Positions 49,441 through 60,380 of a DNA stretch of 64,000 nt are shown piece by piece. Both the position numbers and the translations under genes were made by a program. The DNA is taken from assembly GCA_964544225.1 (NCBI GenBank), contig CAZIZK010000001.1:271477-335476 (forward strand), given 5' to 3'. The notes under the pieces were generated by a model. That model ran no database searches. It saw only the letters and a program-made list of their open reading frames with translations, and had not been told where the DNA came from. The DNA comes from an uncultured Candidatus Saccharibacteria bacterium (GTDB lineage: Bacteria; Patescibacteriota; Minisyncoccia; Phycocordibacterales; UBA9973). Position 1 is the first letter of the stretch; every line of letters starts with the position of its first letter.

Positions 49441-49939
49441 AGTACCAGCACTGTTTACAGGCGCTGGGGATCATTGAAAATAGAATACTGTATTTTATTG
49501 ATACCGAATCAAAATACAGGTTAGTTGTTTCTCAACTATTACATGCGCCGTTTCTCGGTATGCAGTAATGTGTTTACAATTATCATTCGTTTCAATTGGT
49601 CTGCTACTTGTACTATATATAGTATATGTGGCGTACCGACATAGCGTCGGAACAAGGCCTTTTTTCGAAACTTATTCAGTTTGTTTAAACATTTTATATT
49701 TATCTTGTGATAGAGCTTGATAAAGATAGAATTTATAAATACTCTGATTAGTCACGCTCGTCTTGATCATATTAATACTACTTTGATAGAGAAGTATGAA
49801 ATACGAAAGAGTTCGGGCAAACGATACACCTTTATAAAGTGTATCGAAGAAAATGTTTATATGGTGCTAGTGTAGGAGTCTGGAATAATCCGACCCTCGT
49901 CGAAGCTAGCGTAACCTATAGATATTTAGTTAAACAATT
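49441..49939 (+). ncRNA. Long structured 5' leader or candidate ncRNA upstream of the S-layer-like gene
   Basis: TACAAT at 49429 followed by at least seven hairpins up to the ATG; no long ORF. Confidence 0.5.
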
Positions 49940-51850
49940 ATGTTAAAATTTATACAATCAAAAACTTTCAAGATCGGAGGTTTCGTTGTAGCTTTTGCTT
50001 TCGCGTTCGCGCTTATGGCAAGTGCAGCAACTTACGTTCCAGTTAAGAAGGGTTCAGACGCGACTGCTGTTATGGCAGTTCAGACTCTAGTTGGTGCTAC
50101 AGCGGACGGTAAATACGGTCCAATGACAGCAGCTAAGGTTATGGCATGGCAGGCAGCTAACGGCTTAACAGCTGATGGTAAGTTCGGTCCAATGTCAGCA
50201 GCGAAAGCTAACGGTGGTTCAACAACAACTACAACAAGTACTGTTGCAGGATGTGCACCAGGCGCAATGTTCAGTGCAACAACTGGCATGCCATGTACAA
50301 CAACTACAACAACTACTACTACAACTACTGGTATGACTGGTGGTGCAGGTAGTGCTACTGTTACTGAGCTTTCAACTCCTACATCAAACACAAAGATTGG
50401 TGAAGGTGATACAAATGCAAAGGTTCTTGGTATCGAAGTAGAAGCTGACAACAACTCAGATCTATCAGTTACATCAATGAAAGTTTCATTCGTAAATGGT
50501 GGTTCAGGTTCAAGTAAGCTAAACCGTTACGCAAAGACTGTATCAATCTGGTACAACGATGCAAAGGTAGGTTCAGCTTCAACTGATGATTTCTCTGAGA
50601 CTTCAGGTACTTACTCAAAGTCAATCTCTATAGCTAACGCTATAGTAAAGGCTGACAAAGTTGGTAAGTTCTATGTTGCAGTAGATGCTATCTCAGATAT
50701 TGATTCTGGAAACACAGGCTCATCAAACAACACATGGACAGTTACTCTAAACAGTACACGTTACATGGATGCAACAGGTGCAGTACTAACAGACTCAACA
50801 GGTTCAATCGCAAACACAGCAATATTTGATACTCTTTCAAGTACAAATGATGTTGAAGCAAAGGTTAACCTAGCATCTGATTCAGTTACATCAAAGACAA
50901 TCAAGGTATCTACAACAAACGACACAAACCAAGTTGAGCTTATGAAGTTTACAATCAAGGCTCAAGGTTCAAAGATGGTTGTTGACCAGATCCCAGTATT
51001 GTTCACAGCTACAGGTACAGCAGCTTCTGATCTAGATCAGATGACTTCTAATGTAACTTTGAAGATCGATGGTCAAACATTCAACGAATCAGTTGTAACA
51101 TCAGCTACAGCTACAGCTACAATTAGTTTCGATGATCTAAACATTGAAGTTTCAGCAGAATCTACTGTAACAGGTACAATCTACGCTGATCTTAACGACA
51201 TCGACACTGGTTTTGCTGAAGGCGACACTCTTACAGCAGCTATCACATCATCTCTTGTAACTACAACAGGTAGTTCAGCAGGTGCTCTTGATATAGAAGA
51301 TTCAAATGGTGACCAGGTTGCAACAGGTGACCGTTCAGGTTCTGCAACAGGTAATGTTCTTACATTCCGTTCAACAGGTGTTAACGCTGTAATGGGTACA
51401 CCATCATACAGCCGTACAACTGATACAAACGGTAAGATAACTTCAGTTACTTACACAGTACCAGTTGCAGTTACTGCTTTTGGTAACACATTGTACATGG
51501 GTCAGTCAGCACAATTCGCTACTACAGCAACAGCATCTAATGCTTTTGCTATAACATTCGAAAATGCTGCTGCTCCAACAACAGCACTTACTTCATCTTC
51601 AACACAATCAATAACTCTATCTAGTTCAAATGCAACTATAGAGACTAATGGTTTCCGTCTAGATGATGGTACAACAAAGAACTTTACTATCACTGTTAAC
51701 CTAACAGACCCAAATGCATATGATGCATCATTCCGTGTTCGTCTAGCGCAAGCTCGCACATTCACAGAAGCATGGTTGTCTACAGGTACAAATAGTACTC
51801 TTCTACCACAAACTGACTACAGAACAGGATTTGAACTTATCAACAACTAA
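49940..51850 (+). CDS. Major secreted surface (S-layer-like) protein with peptidoglycan-binding domain
   Basis: Signal peptide, two ADG.(Y/F)GP.T PG-binding repeats, poly-Thr linker, Thr/Ser-rich beta domains, strong codon bias (ACA/TCA/GGT). Confidence 0.8.
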   Translation: MLKFIQSKTFKIGGFVVAFAFAFALMASAATYVPVKKGSDATAVMAVQTLVGATADGKYGPMTAAKVMAWQAANGLTADGKFGPMSAAKANGGSTTTTTSTVAGCAPGAMFSATTGMPCTTTTTTTTTTTGMTGGAGSATVTELSTPTSNTKIGEGDTNAKVLGIEVEADNNSDLSVTSMKVSFVNGGSGSSKLNRYAKTVSIWYNDAKVGSASTDDFSETSGTYSKSISIANAIVKADKVGKFYVAVDAISDIDSGNTGSSNNTWTVTLNSTRYMDATGAVLTDSTGSIANTAIFDTLSSTNDVEAKVNLASDSVTSKTIKVSTTNDTNQVELMKFTIKAQGSKMVVDQIPVLFTATGTAASDLDQMTSNVTLKIDGQTFNESVVTSATATATISFDDLNIEVSAESTVTGTIYADLNDIDTGFAEGDTLTAAITSSLVTTTGSSAGALDIEDSNGDQVATGDRSGSATGNVLTFRSTGVNAVMGTPSYSRTTDTNGKITSVTYTVPVAVTAFGNTLYMGQSAQFATTATASNAFAITFENAAAPTTALTSSSTQSITLSSSNATIETNGFRLDDGTTKNFTITVNLTDPNAYDASFRVRLAQARTFTEAWLSTGTNSTLLPQTDYRTGFELINN

Positions 51851-51895
51851 TAATTCATTAGTTTAGATAGTTTGAACTTGATCTAAGGTTAAGTT

Positions 51896-51934
51896 AACCA
51901 AAAAGCCACCCATATGGGTGGCTTTTTGGTTTTT
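51896..51934 (+). terminator. Intrinsic terminator
   Basis: AACCAAAAAGCCACCC/GGGTGGCTTTTTGGTT followed by a T-run. Confidence 0.85.
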
Positions 51935-51950
51935 CTGGTATAATATCTGC

Positions 51951-53975
51951 ATGAATATAAAGGATAAAATACTACAATATACATCTTTTGCCCTGGTCTT
52001 ATTGGCCCCATTGATTTATTGGTCACATAGGCTATTCCCATACATATCTTCTAAAACCTATTTCCTGTATGGATCAATAGAAGTTATATTTTTTATTTGG
52101 CTTTATACAGCTATTGTGGATAGGTCATACAGGCTTACTAAGCAAAATATATTATGGTTCACACCAGCACTCTTGTTTGTTTTGTGGATGACAGTTGCGG
52201 GGTTGTTTGGATATAACCTCGAGATGTCTTTTTGGTCATCATTTGCTCGGGGAACAGGGTTGCTCACTTTGTATCATTGTTTAGCTTTTTCAATTGTTAT
52301 AGCTTCTTTAGTAAATAAACATGGTATTAATTATCTAAATAAGTTTATAAATTATTTTTTAATAGGATCTTTTATACTTTCTATTAGTATTTGGCTGGGA
52401 GACAATTTTTTTATAAATAGATTAGAGATGTTAAAGTTTAGTAACGAGGGAGGGTTGATGGGGCAGTCCACACTAGCAGCAACATACCTAACATTTGCTC
52501 TCGCTTTTTCAATTTTTATGTTCTTTAAAAAAGACGTAACAAATAGAATGCGATACTGGCTCGTGTTTGTTATTTTGACAATATTGGCATCCCCACTATT
52601 TTTCAGCCTATTGAATCTATTTAAAGGAACAAGTGTTCTTGGTAGTGCGCGTGCTGCGATACTATCAATACCAGTTATAATTGTGGTTGCGTACACTTTC
52701 TACCTAAGTTTGAGTAATAAGAAAATTATTAGGAATATAGGTATTAGTATGTGCATAATAGGTATCGCAAGCTTTTCTATTTTTTGGGTGCAACTTATGA
52801 ACCCGAGTACGAAAATCCACAATGCCTTTGCACAAGAAGCTCGCGAGACTCGATTTATCTTTTGGGATATAGCTGATAAAGCTTTGAGTACACACCCATT
52901 ATTAGGTTATGGTCCAGAGAACTACATGGTTGCCTTTCAAGAGAATTTCAACCCAGACCTACTTTTGTCACAAAATAATACAGAGGGGTGGGATGATCGT
53001 GCTCATAATATATATTATGATATAGGTGTATCAGGTGGGTATCCCGCAATAGCCTTCTATGCTTTATTTTTATTAAGTACACTTGTTTTAATATATAAAG
53101 CGAAAAATATAAATAAGATTAATCGAGCACAAGCATCAGTCTTAGGAGCGTTAGTTATAGGGTATGTCTTTCAGAATTTATTTGCTTTTGACTCCAATTT
53201 GTCTATTTTTGTCATTTTTATGCTATTTGGTGTTCTTAATTCTTTAGCTTTTTTGGACAAAGAAGGTTATGTGGCATCACCTAAAATTAAAGATAACGAT
53301 AAGTATTTACTCTTATTTGGTATTACTATTTTATTTGCTGTATCTTGGGTATTTTTTACATACATGCCTACCCGTAAATCAAAAGCTTTTGCAGAAACAT
53401 TTGCATCTACCATAGACAAACGTTCACAATTATACCCAGATTTATTAAAAGGTTCTGTCGTTGGACAAGGGTGGGATGTGAGTGGATTGGCCTTTGATTC
53501 ATATAGGGAGTATGTTTCAAATGCAATACAATTAAAAAATAATAAGCAAATATTACCTTATTTAGTAAATAATTTAAATTCATTATTAGATTATTTATAT
53601 AAAGTTGCTGAGAACAATACTACTGATTATCGTTTATACATTACTATTGGTTATTTGGAAAATACACTTACTTATATGTCTGATAGACCGTATACACCAG
53701 AACTCAAAGCCAGATTATTAAGTGTTCTCGATAAGGCTCAGAAGTTAGCACCTAATAACCCCAATGTGTATTGGGGTATAGCTCAGGCTAAGGTATGGTC
53801 TGGAGACTTTGCTGGTACCGAGGAGGCGTACAGGAAAGCTATGGAAGTTGCGCCTAATTTACCAGGGTCTTACACATTATTTATGAAATACGCACAAGCT
53901 TTAGGTAATCAGAAGCTATTTAATGAAATTGCCTCTGAAGCACAGAAGAATGTAGCAGACTTTAAATATAATTAA
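51951..53975 (+). CDS. O-antigen ligase/O-oligosaccharyltransferase-like (Wzy_C) membrane protein with C-terminal TPR
   Basis: About 12 TMs, GSARAA, R..FW, P.LGYGPEN, DRAHN.YYD, TPR-like C-terminus. Confidence 0.85.
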   Translation: MNIKDKILQYTSFALVLLAPLIYWSHRLFPYISSKTYFLYGSIEVIFFIWLYTAIVDRSYRLTKQNILWFTPALLFVLWMTVAGLFGYNLEMSFWSSFARGTGLLTLYHCLAFSIVIASLVNKHGINYLNKFINYFLIGSFILSISIWLGDNFFINRLEMLKFSNEGGLMGQSTLAATYLTFALAFSIFMFFKKDVTNRMRYWLVFVILTILASPLFFSLLNLFKGTSVLGSARAAILSIPVIIVVAYTFYLSLSNKKIIRNIGISMCIIGIASFSIFWVQLMNPSTKIHNAFAQEARETRFIFWDIADKALSTHPLLGYGPENYMVAFQENFNPDLLLSQNNTEGWDDRAHNIYYDIGVSGGYPAIAFYALFLLSTLVLIYKAKNINKINRAQASVLGALVIGYVFQNLFAFDSNLSIFVIFMLFGVLNSLAFLDKEGYVASPKIKDNDKYLLLFGITILFAVSWVFFTYMPTRKSKAFAETFASTIDKRSQLYPDLLKGSVVGQGWDVSGLAFDSYREYVSNAIQLKNNKQILPYLVNNLNSLLDYLYKVAENNTTDYRLYITIGYLENTLTYMSDRPYTPELKARLLSVLDKAQKLAPNNPNVYWGIAQAKVWSGDFAGTEEAYRKAMEVAPNLPGSYTLFMKYAQALGNQKLFNEIASEAQKNVADFKYN

Positions 53976-53976
53976 T

Positions 53977-54882
53977 ATGTATAAAACAATCGTTACAGGA
54001 GGGGCAGGGTTTATAGGGTCGCATATTGTGGACGCTCTTGTGGATCTTGGCCACGAGGTTCATATTGTAGACAATATGTTTGCAGGTAAAAAAGAAAATA
54101 TTAACCCAAAGGCCGTGTTGCATACTGTAGATATTCGCGATTTGGATAGATTAAAGGACCTATTTCATGGTGCTACCTATGTTTTCCACCAGGCTGCGTT
54201 GCCACAAGTGCAATATTCTATCGAGAATCCGATCGAAACAAATGAAGTAAATGTAGTTGGTACATTAAATGTATTGGAAGCTTGTAGGGTAAATAATGTA
54301 AAGAGGGTAATATTTGCCTCTACTTGTGCAATCTATGGTAGTAGTGAAATACTCCCTTTTATCGAAGACACACAATCCTCACCTATGTCTCCATACGCAA
54401 TTCATAAATATGTTGGGGAGTCGTATATGAAATTGTATTCACAAATTTATAATCTGGAAACAGTTTGTCTAAGGTATTTCAATGCATATGGAAATAGGGC
54501 AAGTGTAAACGGATCGTATCCATTAGTAATTGCAAAATTTCTAGATTCAAGGAAGCAAAACAAGCCACTACTAATAACAGGCGATGGAAACAATACGCGT
54601 GATTATGTAAACGTTCTAGATATTGCACGGGCCAATATTGTGGCAATGAATTGCGACAATGTGGGCAAAGGGGAGGTGATCAATATTGCTTGTGGTAAAG
54701 AATACTCGGTAAATCAAATCGCCGAATTAATAGGCGGGGAAATTGAATATATTGCACCTAGGATAGAGCCAAAAAAGGCTGTGGCTGATATTACAAAAGC
54801 AAAAAATTTGTTGGGTTGGGAGCCAAGCATCAAGCTCGAGGATGCCTTGTTAGAATTGAAGAAGTATAATAATATAGCTTAA
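53977..54882 (+). CDS. NAD-dependent nucleotide-sugar epimerase/dehydratase
   Basis: [17 protein letters not shown] (YxxxK), [12 protein letters not shown]. Confidence 0.93.
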   Translation: MYKTIVTGGAGFIGSHIVDALVDLGHEVHIVDNMFAGKKENINPKAVLHTVDIRDLDRLKDLFHGATYVFHQAALPQVQYSIENPIETNEVNVVGTLNVLEACRVNNVKRVIFASTCAIYGSSEILPFIEDTQSSPMSPYAIHKYVGESYMKLYSQIYNLETVCLRYFNAYGNRASVNGSYPLVIAKFLDSRKQNKPLLITGDGNNTRDYVNVLDIARANIVAMNCDNVGKGEVINIACGKEYSVNQIAELIGGEIEYIAPRIEPKKAVADITKAKNLLGWEPSIKLEDALLELKKYNNIA

Positions 54883-54883
54883 T

Positions 54884-55945
54884 ATGGATAAAATAAAGAA
54901 AGCATTGATAATAGGTATCACAGGGCAGGATGGGTCATATCTAGCCGAGTTTTTGCTTGCAAAGGGCTATGAAGTGCATGGTATTATTCGTCGCTCATCG
55001 AGCTTTAATACAGCGCGCCTCGATAAAATATATCAGGATCCACATGTAGACAATCGCAATCTAATACTTCACTATGGGGATCTATCAGATTCATACAGTC
55101 TACACAATATAATAAAGAAGGCTCAGCCGGATGAAGTCTACAATCTGGGTGCGCAGAGTCATGTGCGTGTCAGCTTCGATATACCCGAATACACAGCCGA
55201 TATAGATGCACTAGGAACCTTGCGGTTGCTTGATGCAGTGAAGGAAAGTGGCTTGCCGATACGCTTTTACCAAGCAGGGTCTTCTGAAATGTTCGGTAAA
55301 GTCCTAGAAACTCCCCAGAAAGAAACAACTCCTTTTAACCCAGCAAGTCCCTACGGATGCGCGAAAGTTTTCTCGCATCATATTTGTGTCAATTATCGTG
55401 AGTCATATGGAATGTTTATCTGTAACGGCATATTGTTCAATCACGAGTCACCTCGTCGTGGCCGAACTTTCGTCACAAAGAAGATAGTAGAAGGTTTGGT
55501 GGATATAAAGCTCGGCAAGAAAGACAAGATATTTCTCGGCAATCTAGATGCAAAGCGTGACTGGGGTTATGCTCATGACTATGTAGAGGCTATGTGGCTC
55601 ATGCTTCAGCAGGATACTCCCGATGACTATGTAATAGCCACAGGCGAGACACACTCTGTCCGCGAGTTTGTGGAATATGCATCTTCACTTATTGGGTACA
55701 AGATAAACTGGAGTGGATTTGGGCTTGCTGAAGTGGGTACAGACGAGTCAACAGGTAAAGATATTATAAATATCGACGAGCAGTATTACAGACCAAGCGA
55801 AGTTGACTTGTTATTAGGTGACCCAAGTAAGGCAAAGAGTAAACTAAACTGGGACACAAAGGTAAAATTCAAAGATTTGGTGGACATAATGATGAAGGAA
55901 GAGTTCGAGGAACGTGGTTTTAAAAGTAGTGATTATATAAAATAA
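54884..55945 (+). CDS. gmd: GDP-mannose 4,6-dehydratase
   Basis: [38 protein letters not shown]. Confidence 0.97.
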   Translation: MDKIKKALIIGITGQDGSYLAEFLLAKGYEVHGIIRRSSSFNTARLDKIYQDPHVDNRNLILHYGDLSDSYSLHNIIKKAQPDEVYNLGAQSHVRVSFDIPEYTADIDALGTLRLLDAVKESGLPIRFYQAGSSEMFGKVLETPQKETTPFNPASPYGCAKVFSHHICVNYRESYGMFICNGILFNHESPRRGRTFVTKKIVEGLVDIKLGKKDKIFLGNLDAKRDWGYAHDYVEAMWLMLQQDTPDDYVIATGETHSVREFVEYASSLIGYKINWSGFGLAEVGTDESTGKDIINIDEQYYRPSEVDLLLGDPSKAKSKLNWDTKVKFKDLVDIMMKEEFEERGFKSSDYIK

Positions 55946-55946
55946 T

Positions 55947-56885
55947 ATGAACAAGGATTCAAAGATATATGTAGCAGGACACAGGGGGCTTGCAGGTTCT
56001 GCAATAATGCGTGGTTTGCAAACTGCTGGTTATACAAACATAGTAGTCCGGACACATGCCGAGCTAGACTTAACTTCTGAAGACGCTGTTAAAAACTTTT
56101 TTATTTCTGAAAAGCCCGAGTATGTTTTCCTTGCTGCTGCAAAAGTGGGTGGAATCAATGCTAACAATACACAACCAGCTCTCTTTATAAGGCAAAATTT
56201 ACAAATACAAACCAATGTTATAGATCAGTCTTATAAAAATAATGTGAAGAAGTTATTGTTTCTTGGCAGTTCTTGTATTTATCCAAAGCTTGCACCGCAA
56301 CCAATGAAAGAAGAGTGTTTATTAACAAGCGAACTTGAGCCTACAAGTAGGCCATATGCAATAGCAAAGATAGCAGGTATTATAATGTGCCAGTCTTATA
56401 CTAAACAGTACGGCATGCCTACTATAAGTGTTATGCCAGCCAATTTGTATGGGGAAAATGACAATTTTAATTTAGAAACATCTCATGTTATGCCGGCGCT
56501 TATTCGTAAATTCCATGAAGCAAAAATAAATAATACAAAAGAGGTGGTAGCATGGGGTACAGGTAGTCCGATGCGTGAGTTCCTACATGTAGATGATTTG
56601 GCATCTGCATGTATATTTCTAATGAATAATTATAATGATCCAGAGATTATCAATATTGGTACAGGCGAGGATGTAACCATCCGTGAACTAACAGAAATGG
56701 TAAAAAAGATTGTCGGATATGAAGGCAATATTGTGTGGGATTCATCGAAGCCCGATGGTACTCCAAGGAAGGTGATGGACGTATCTAAACTGCATAATTT
56801 AGGGTTTAGACACACCACCTCGCTTGAGCATGGTATACAATTAACTTACCAATGGTATAAAGAAAATCAAGGATTAAGACAATGA
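55947..56885 (+). CDS. fcl: GDP-L-fucose synthase
   Basis: [38 protein letters not shown]. Confidence 0.97.
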   Translation: MNKDSKIYVAGHRGLAGSAIMRGLQTAGYTNIVVRTHAELDLTSEDAVKNFFISEKPEYVFLAAAKVGGINANNTQPALFIRQNLQIQTNVIDQSYKNNVKKLLFLGSSCIYPKLAPQPMKEECLLTSELEPTSRPYAIAKIAGIIMCQSYTKQYGMPTISVMPANLYGENDNFNLETSHVMPALIRKFHEAKINNTKEVVAWGTGSPMREFLHVDDLASACIFLMNNYNDPEIINIGTGEDVTIRELTEMVKKIVGYEGNIVWDSSKPDGTPRKVMDVSKLHNLGFRHTTSLEHGIQLTYQWYKENQGLRQ

Positions 56886-57772
56886 TCGTAGTTAGGTTAA
56901 AAGGTGGGTTAGGTAATCAGATGTTCCAATACGCATTGGGCAGGATTTTGTCTATCAAAAATAATACCGAACTAGTATTTAACATCGAAGCCTACGAAGA
57001 CAAGAGCCCTAGACTTTTTAAGAGCAATTTTGCAATGCGTGACTATGATTTGGGTGTTTTTAATATAAAAGGTCGCATTGCTAAAAAGTCTGAAATACCA
57101 TTGCTATATAGGATGTATGGTAAAGGTAAACTGATGGTCCTAATAGATGCTGTTAGGCGAAGAATCTTCAAGCATAAAGCTCAAGAGTTATATACTCAAA
57201 GGTTTAATCCTTATATGTTATCACTAGGCAAGGACTCATATATAGATGGTTTTTTTCAGTCACCAAAATATTTTATTGGATATGAAGATATTATTAGGCA
57301 AGATTTTAAATTAAGAAATGAACCTAGTGATAATATAAAACAAATGTATAAAGATATTTCGAATCATGAGTCTTTGTGTATGCATGTGAGGCGTGGAGAT
57401 TTCATAGGTAACCCTAATCATGATGTTTTAGATAGTGATTATTATAATAAAGCTATTTCTCTTTTAGAAGGCAAGACAAATATTGATACAATTTATATTT
57501 TTTCTGATGATATACAATGGTGCAAAGATAATATGCATTTCAATTACCCGACAGTATTTGTATCTGAGGGGTATGCTGGACTAAAAGGGGAGGGGCATAT
57601 GTACCTTATGAGTGCCTGCAAGAATTTTATAATACCAAACAGTACTTTCTCTTGGTGGGGAGTTTGGCTTTCGGAAAACAAAAACAAGAAGGTGGTGACC
57701 CCAAAGATATGGACAAAAGACCCTAATAACAATATGGGGGATTTAATATTAGAAGACTGGATAAGGATTTAA
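56882..57772 (+). CDS. Alpha-1,2-fucosyltransferase (GT11)
   Basis: [28 protein letters not shown]. Confidence 0.93.
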   Translation: MIVVRLKGGLGNQMFQYALGRILSIKNNTELVFNIEAYEDKSPRLFKSNFAMRDYDLGVFNIKGRIAKKSEIPLLYRMYGKGKLMVLIDAVRRRIFKHKAQELYTQRFNPYMLSLGKDSYIDGFFQSPKYFIGYEDIIRQDFKLRNEPSDNIKQMYKDISNHESLCMHVRRGDFIGNPNHDVLDSDYYNKAISLLEGKTNIDTIYIFSDDIQWCKDNMHFNYPTVFVSEGYAGLKGEGHMYLMSACKNFIIPNSTFSWWGVWLSENKNKKVVTPKIWTKDPNNNMGDLILEDWIRI

Positions 57773-57777
57773 TTTTT

Positions 57778-58614
57778 ATGATTTTTAAAAAGTTTCATAA
57801 AATAAATTCAAATTTTTGTGAAAATATATTTTTACACAAAGTTGTTGATATTTTACATAAACATTTAGACGATAATTATAATCTTATTTTAACTAATAAT
57901 GAAGATATTGATTTACTTGATTTTAATGACAAGTGTATAAATATTGTTATATTTATTTCAGATGAAGAGGGGATTATTCCAGTTTGGGTAAATAAAGTAG
58001 ATTTTATTTTTAGAACTTACGGAAATAATGATATTTGCGATTATAAAAAGATATTTCCAATTCCTTGTGGTTTTGTTGGCCCTTTTAAAATTGATGGTCT
58101 AGATAATACTTATTTAGGAGAATTAGAAAAGACCCCTTTAACTCAAAGAGAGTATGATTTATTTTATTCTGGTCAAAAAGCTCTAAATAGAATAATTTTC
58201 ATGTTTTTTGTAAATAGAATTAAGAATAAATTTAATTCATTTATAAATCAGACTATAGGTTTCAGAAAGGGATTATCAATACAAAAATATTTTTCAATTA
58301 TGAATAATTCAAAAATTGCCTTGGTCCCAAGAGGTGCAGTTATTCCGGAATCTTTTAGATACATGGAAGCTTTTGAATCTAATTGTATTGTTATTACAAG
58401 TTACCCAAGGCATTTAAGTAAATATAATATGTGGTATTATGAAAATTCCCCAGCTGTTTTTATAAAGAATTGGTGGAGTTTAAAACCAAGATTAATTGAT
58501 AAATTATTATCAAAAGAAAACTTGGAACTTTCTTTTGAAAAAAATAAGAAGTATTATGATGAATACCTGTCTACAAAAGCTGTTGCAGATTATATAATAA
58601 ACAATTTAAAATAA
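57778..58614 (+). CDS. Exostosin/GT47-like glycosyltransferase
   Basis: SK.AL.PRG....SFR..EA...CI motif; very AT-rich. Confidence 0.6.
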   Translation: MIFKKFHKINSNFCENIFLHKVVDILHKHLDDNYNLILTNNEDIDLLDFNDKCINIVIFISDEEGIIPVWVNKVDFIFRTYGNNDICDYKKIFPIPCGFVGPFKIDGLDNTYLGELEKTPLTQREYDLFYSGQKALNRIIFMFFVNRIKNKFNSFINQTIGFRKGLSIQKYFSIMNNSKIALVPRGAVIPESFRYMEAFESNCIVITSYPRHLSKYNMWYYENSPAVFIKNWWSLKPRLIDKLLSKENLELSFEKNKKYYDEYLSTKAVADYIINNLK

Positions 58615-58615
58615 T

Positions 58616-59443
58616 ATGAATAAATTAGTCTCAGTAATATTACCTACATACAATGGCTCTAGTTGGATCCAAAGGGCTATAGAAAGCGTTATAAGCCAAT
58701 CCTACAAGGATTGGGAGCTTATCGTGGTAGATGATGGCTCTACCGACAATACAGGGCAAATAGTGGCCAATATGAGCCAAAATGACAGTAGGATCAGGTA
58801 TATAAAGAACGATGTAAATTCAGGTATCCAGAAGACATTGAATAATGGCCTAAACGTGGCCAAAGGTGAATATATTGCCCGTATTGATGACGATGATTAT
58901 TGGGTAGATATTGATAAATTACAGAAACAAGTAGACTTTATGGATGGCAATCCTGACTATGTGTTGGTAGGCACAGGAGTGATTATTGTAAATGAAAAGG
59001 GTGATGAACTTTTTAAATATCTAGTACCAGAAACTAATGAACAAATAAAGAAGCGTCTTTTGGGGAAGAACTGTTTTGTACACTCAAGTGTAATGTTTAA
59101 AAAGAGTGCGGTTATGCAGTTTGGTGGTTATAGTGAAGGCGTAGAGGAGAAGCATTTTGAGGATTATGATCTATGGTTGAAGCTCGGTACTATCGGCAAG
59201 CTCGCGAACCTACCAATATATGGATTGAAGTATACTATGCGTGAAGGTAGCCTAAGCGCAGTAAATAGAGTAGAAGTATTCCGTAAAATATTGAAGCATT
59301 TAAAGAAGTACAAGAGCTCCTACAAGGGGTATTGTGGAGCAATAATTCGTGCTTATGCAAGATTTGTCGTATATGGATTATTTTTAAAATCCCCAATTAA
59401 GTTTTCTTTAAATAAAATTATAAAGTTTTATAAAGAGCATTAA
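58616..59443 (+). CDS. Glycosyltransferase family 2
   Basis: SVILPTYN, VDDGSTD, IARIDDDD, EDYDLW. Confidence 0.92.
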   Translation: MNKLVSVILPTYNGSSWIQRAIESVISQSYKDWELIVVDDGSTDNTGQIVANMSQNDSRIRYIKNDVNSGIQKTLNNGLNVAKGEYIARIDDDDYWVDIDKLQKQVDFMDGNPDYVLVGTGVIIVNEKGDELFKYLVPETNEQIKKRLLGKNCFVHSSVMFKKSAVMQFGGYSEGVEEKHFEDYDLWLKLGTIGKLANLPIYGLKYTMREGSLSAVNRVEVFRKILKHLKKYKSSYKGYCGAIIRAYARFVVYGLFLKSPIKFSLNKIIKFYKEH

Positions 59444-59450
59444 TTTGTGG

Positions 59451-60374
59451 CTACCTTATAATTTTCTTTATATATGTACGTGCTAACGATTTTAGAATCT
59501 CTATTTTAACGATAGATAGTAAGTAAATATATTTTATAAGTAGATTACCAGATGGATATTGGTTTGCAAGTTTATTTATTATTACTAGACTCTTCTTTAT
59601 AATTATATATAAATCTTTTAGATGTAATTCTTTTTTTGAGTGGAATTTATAAAATATCTCTGAATTATCAAGCGAGCCCGTATAGTATTTGTAATTGTCT
59701 TCGAATATAGTATAAACACTTTTATTTATGTTTTCTTTTGCTGTGTTTGAATAATTCGATCCATGCTGTCTATAATCTAAAAGTATCTTGTGTATATTAA
59801 AACCTGCATGCTTTTTAATGGCTTTTGCCAAGAAGGCAAAATCTTCACAGGGGACTTCTGGGTAGTGGGGGACAGTATTTAATATTTCTTTCCTAAACAT
59901 GACACTCGGGTTACAGAAATATATGTCACTAATAAATCTCCAAGCTAGGCGCAAGCTATTACTTGGGTGAAATACTTTAATACCATCACAATTGTTGCCA
60001 AATAATTGATACCCTCCACCTACTATGTCTATATGTTTATTTTTATATAAAAAGTCTACCTGAGTTTCAAGCCTGTATGGCCTTTGAATATCATCAGCAT
60101 CTGCTTTGGCTATATAAGCACCTTGAGCTATGTCTAGGCCTGTATTTGACGCACCATGGATACCTTTATTGTATTTATTGTTTACTAATATAACTCTTTT
60201 ATCTTTTTGAGCCCAATTATTTATAATATCTACCGAATTGTCCGTAGAGCAATCGTTTATGATTATCAATTCAAAATTTGTATATGTTTGATTTAATATA
60301 CTTTGTATAGTTTCATCTAAATACAAGCTGGCATTATAAACTGGCATTATTATACTTACTTTTTCTTTTGTCAT
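59451..60374 (-). CDS. Glycosyltransferase family 2
   Basis: SIIMPVYN, INDCSTD, DADD, EDF. Confidence 0.92.
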   Translation of the reverse strand: MTKEKVSIIMPVYNASLYLDETIQSILNQTYTNFELIIINDCSTDNSVDIINNWAQKDKRVILVNNKYNKGIHGASNTGLDIAQGAYIAKADADDIQRPYRLETQVDFLYKNKHIDIVGGGYQLFGNNCDGIKVFHPSNSLRLAWRFISDIYFCNPSVMFRKEILNTVPHYPEVPCEDFAFLAKAIKKHAGFNIHKILLDYRQHGSNYSNTAKENINKSVYTIFEDNYKYYTGSLDNSEIFYKFHSKKELHLKDLYIIIKKSLVIINKLANQYPSGNLLIKYIYLLSIVKIEILKSLARTYIKKIIR

Positions 60375-60380
60375 AAATAA

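Noticed and set aside
49023-49451. 142-aa minus-strand ORF
   Set aside because: It runs through a strong terminator hairpin, overlaps the wHTH gene antisense, and has no protein-like features.
48068-49500. dif site near ftsK
   Set aside because: No convincing 28-bp XerC/XerD arrangement with a TTATGTTAAA-like arm was found by eye.
50220-50335. ACA/ACT trinucleotide repeats as a possible CRISPR or contingency locus
   Set aside because: They encode an in-frame poly-Thr linker with mixed codons; there is no repeat-spacer structure.
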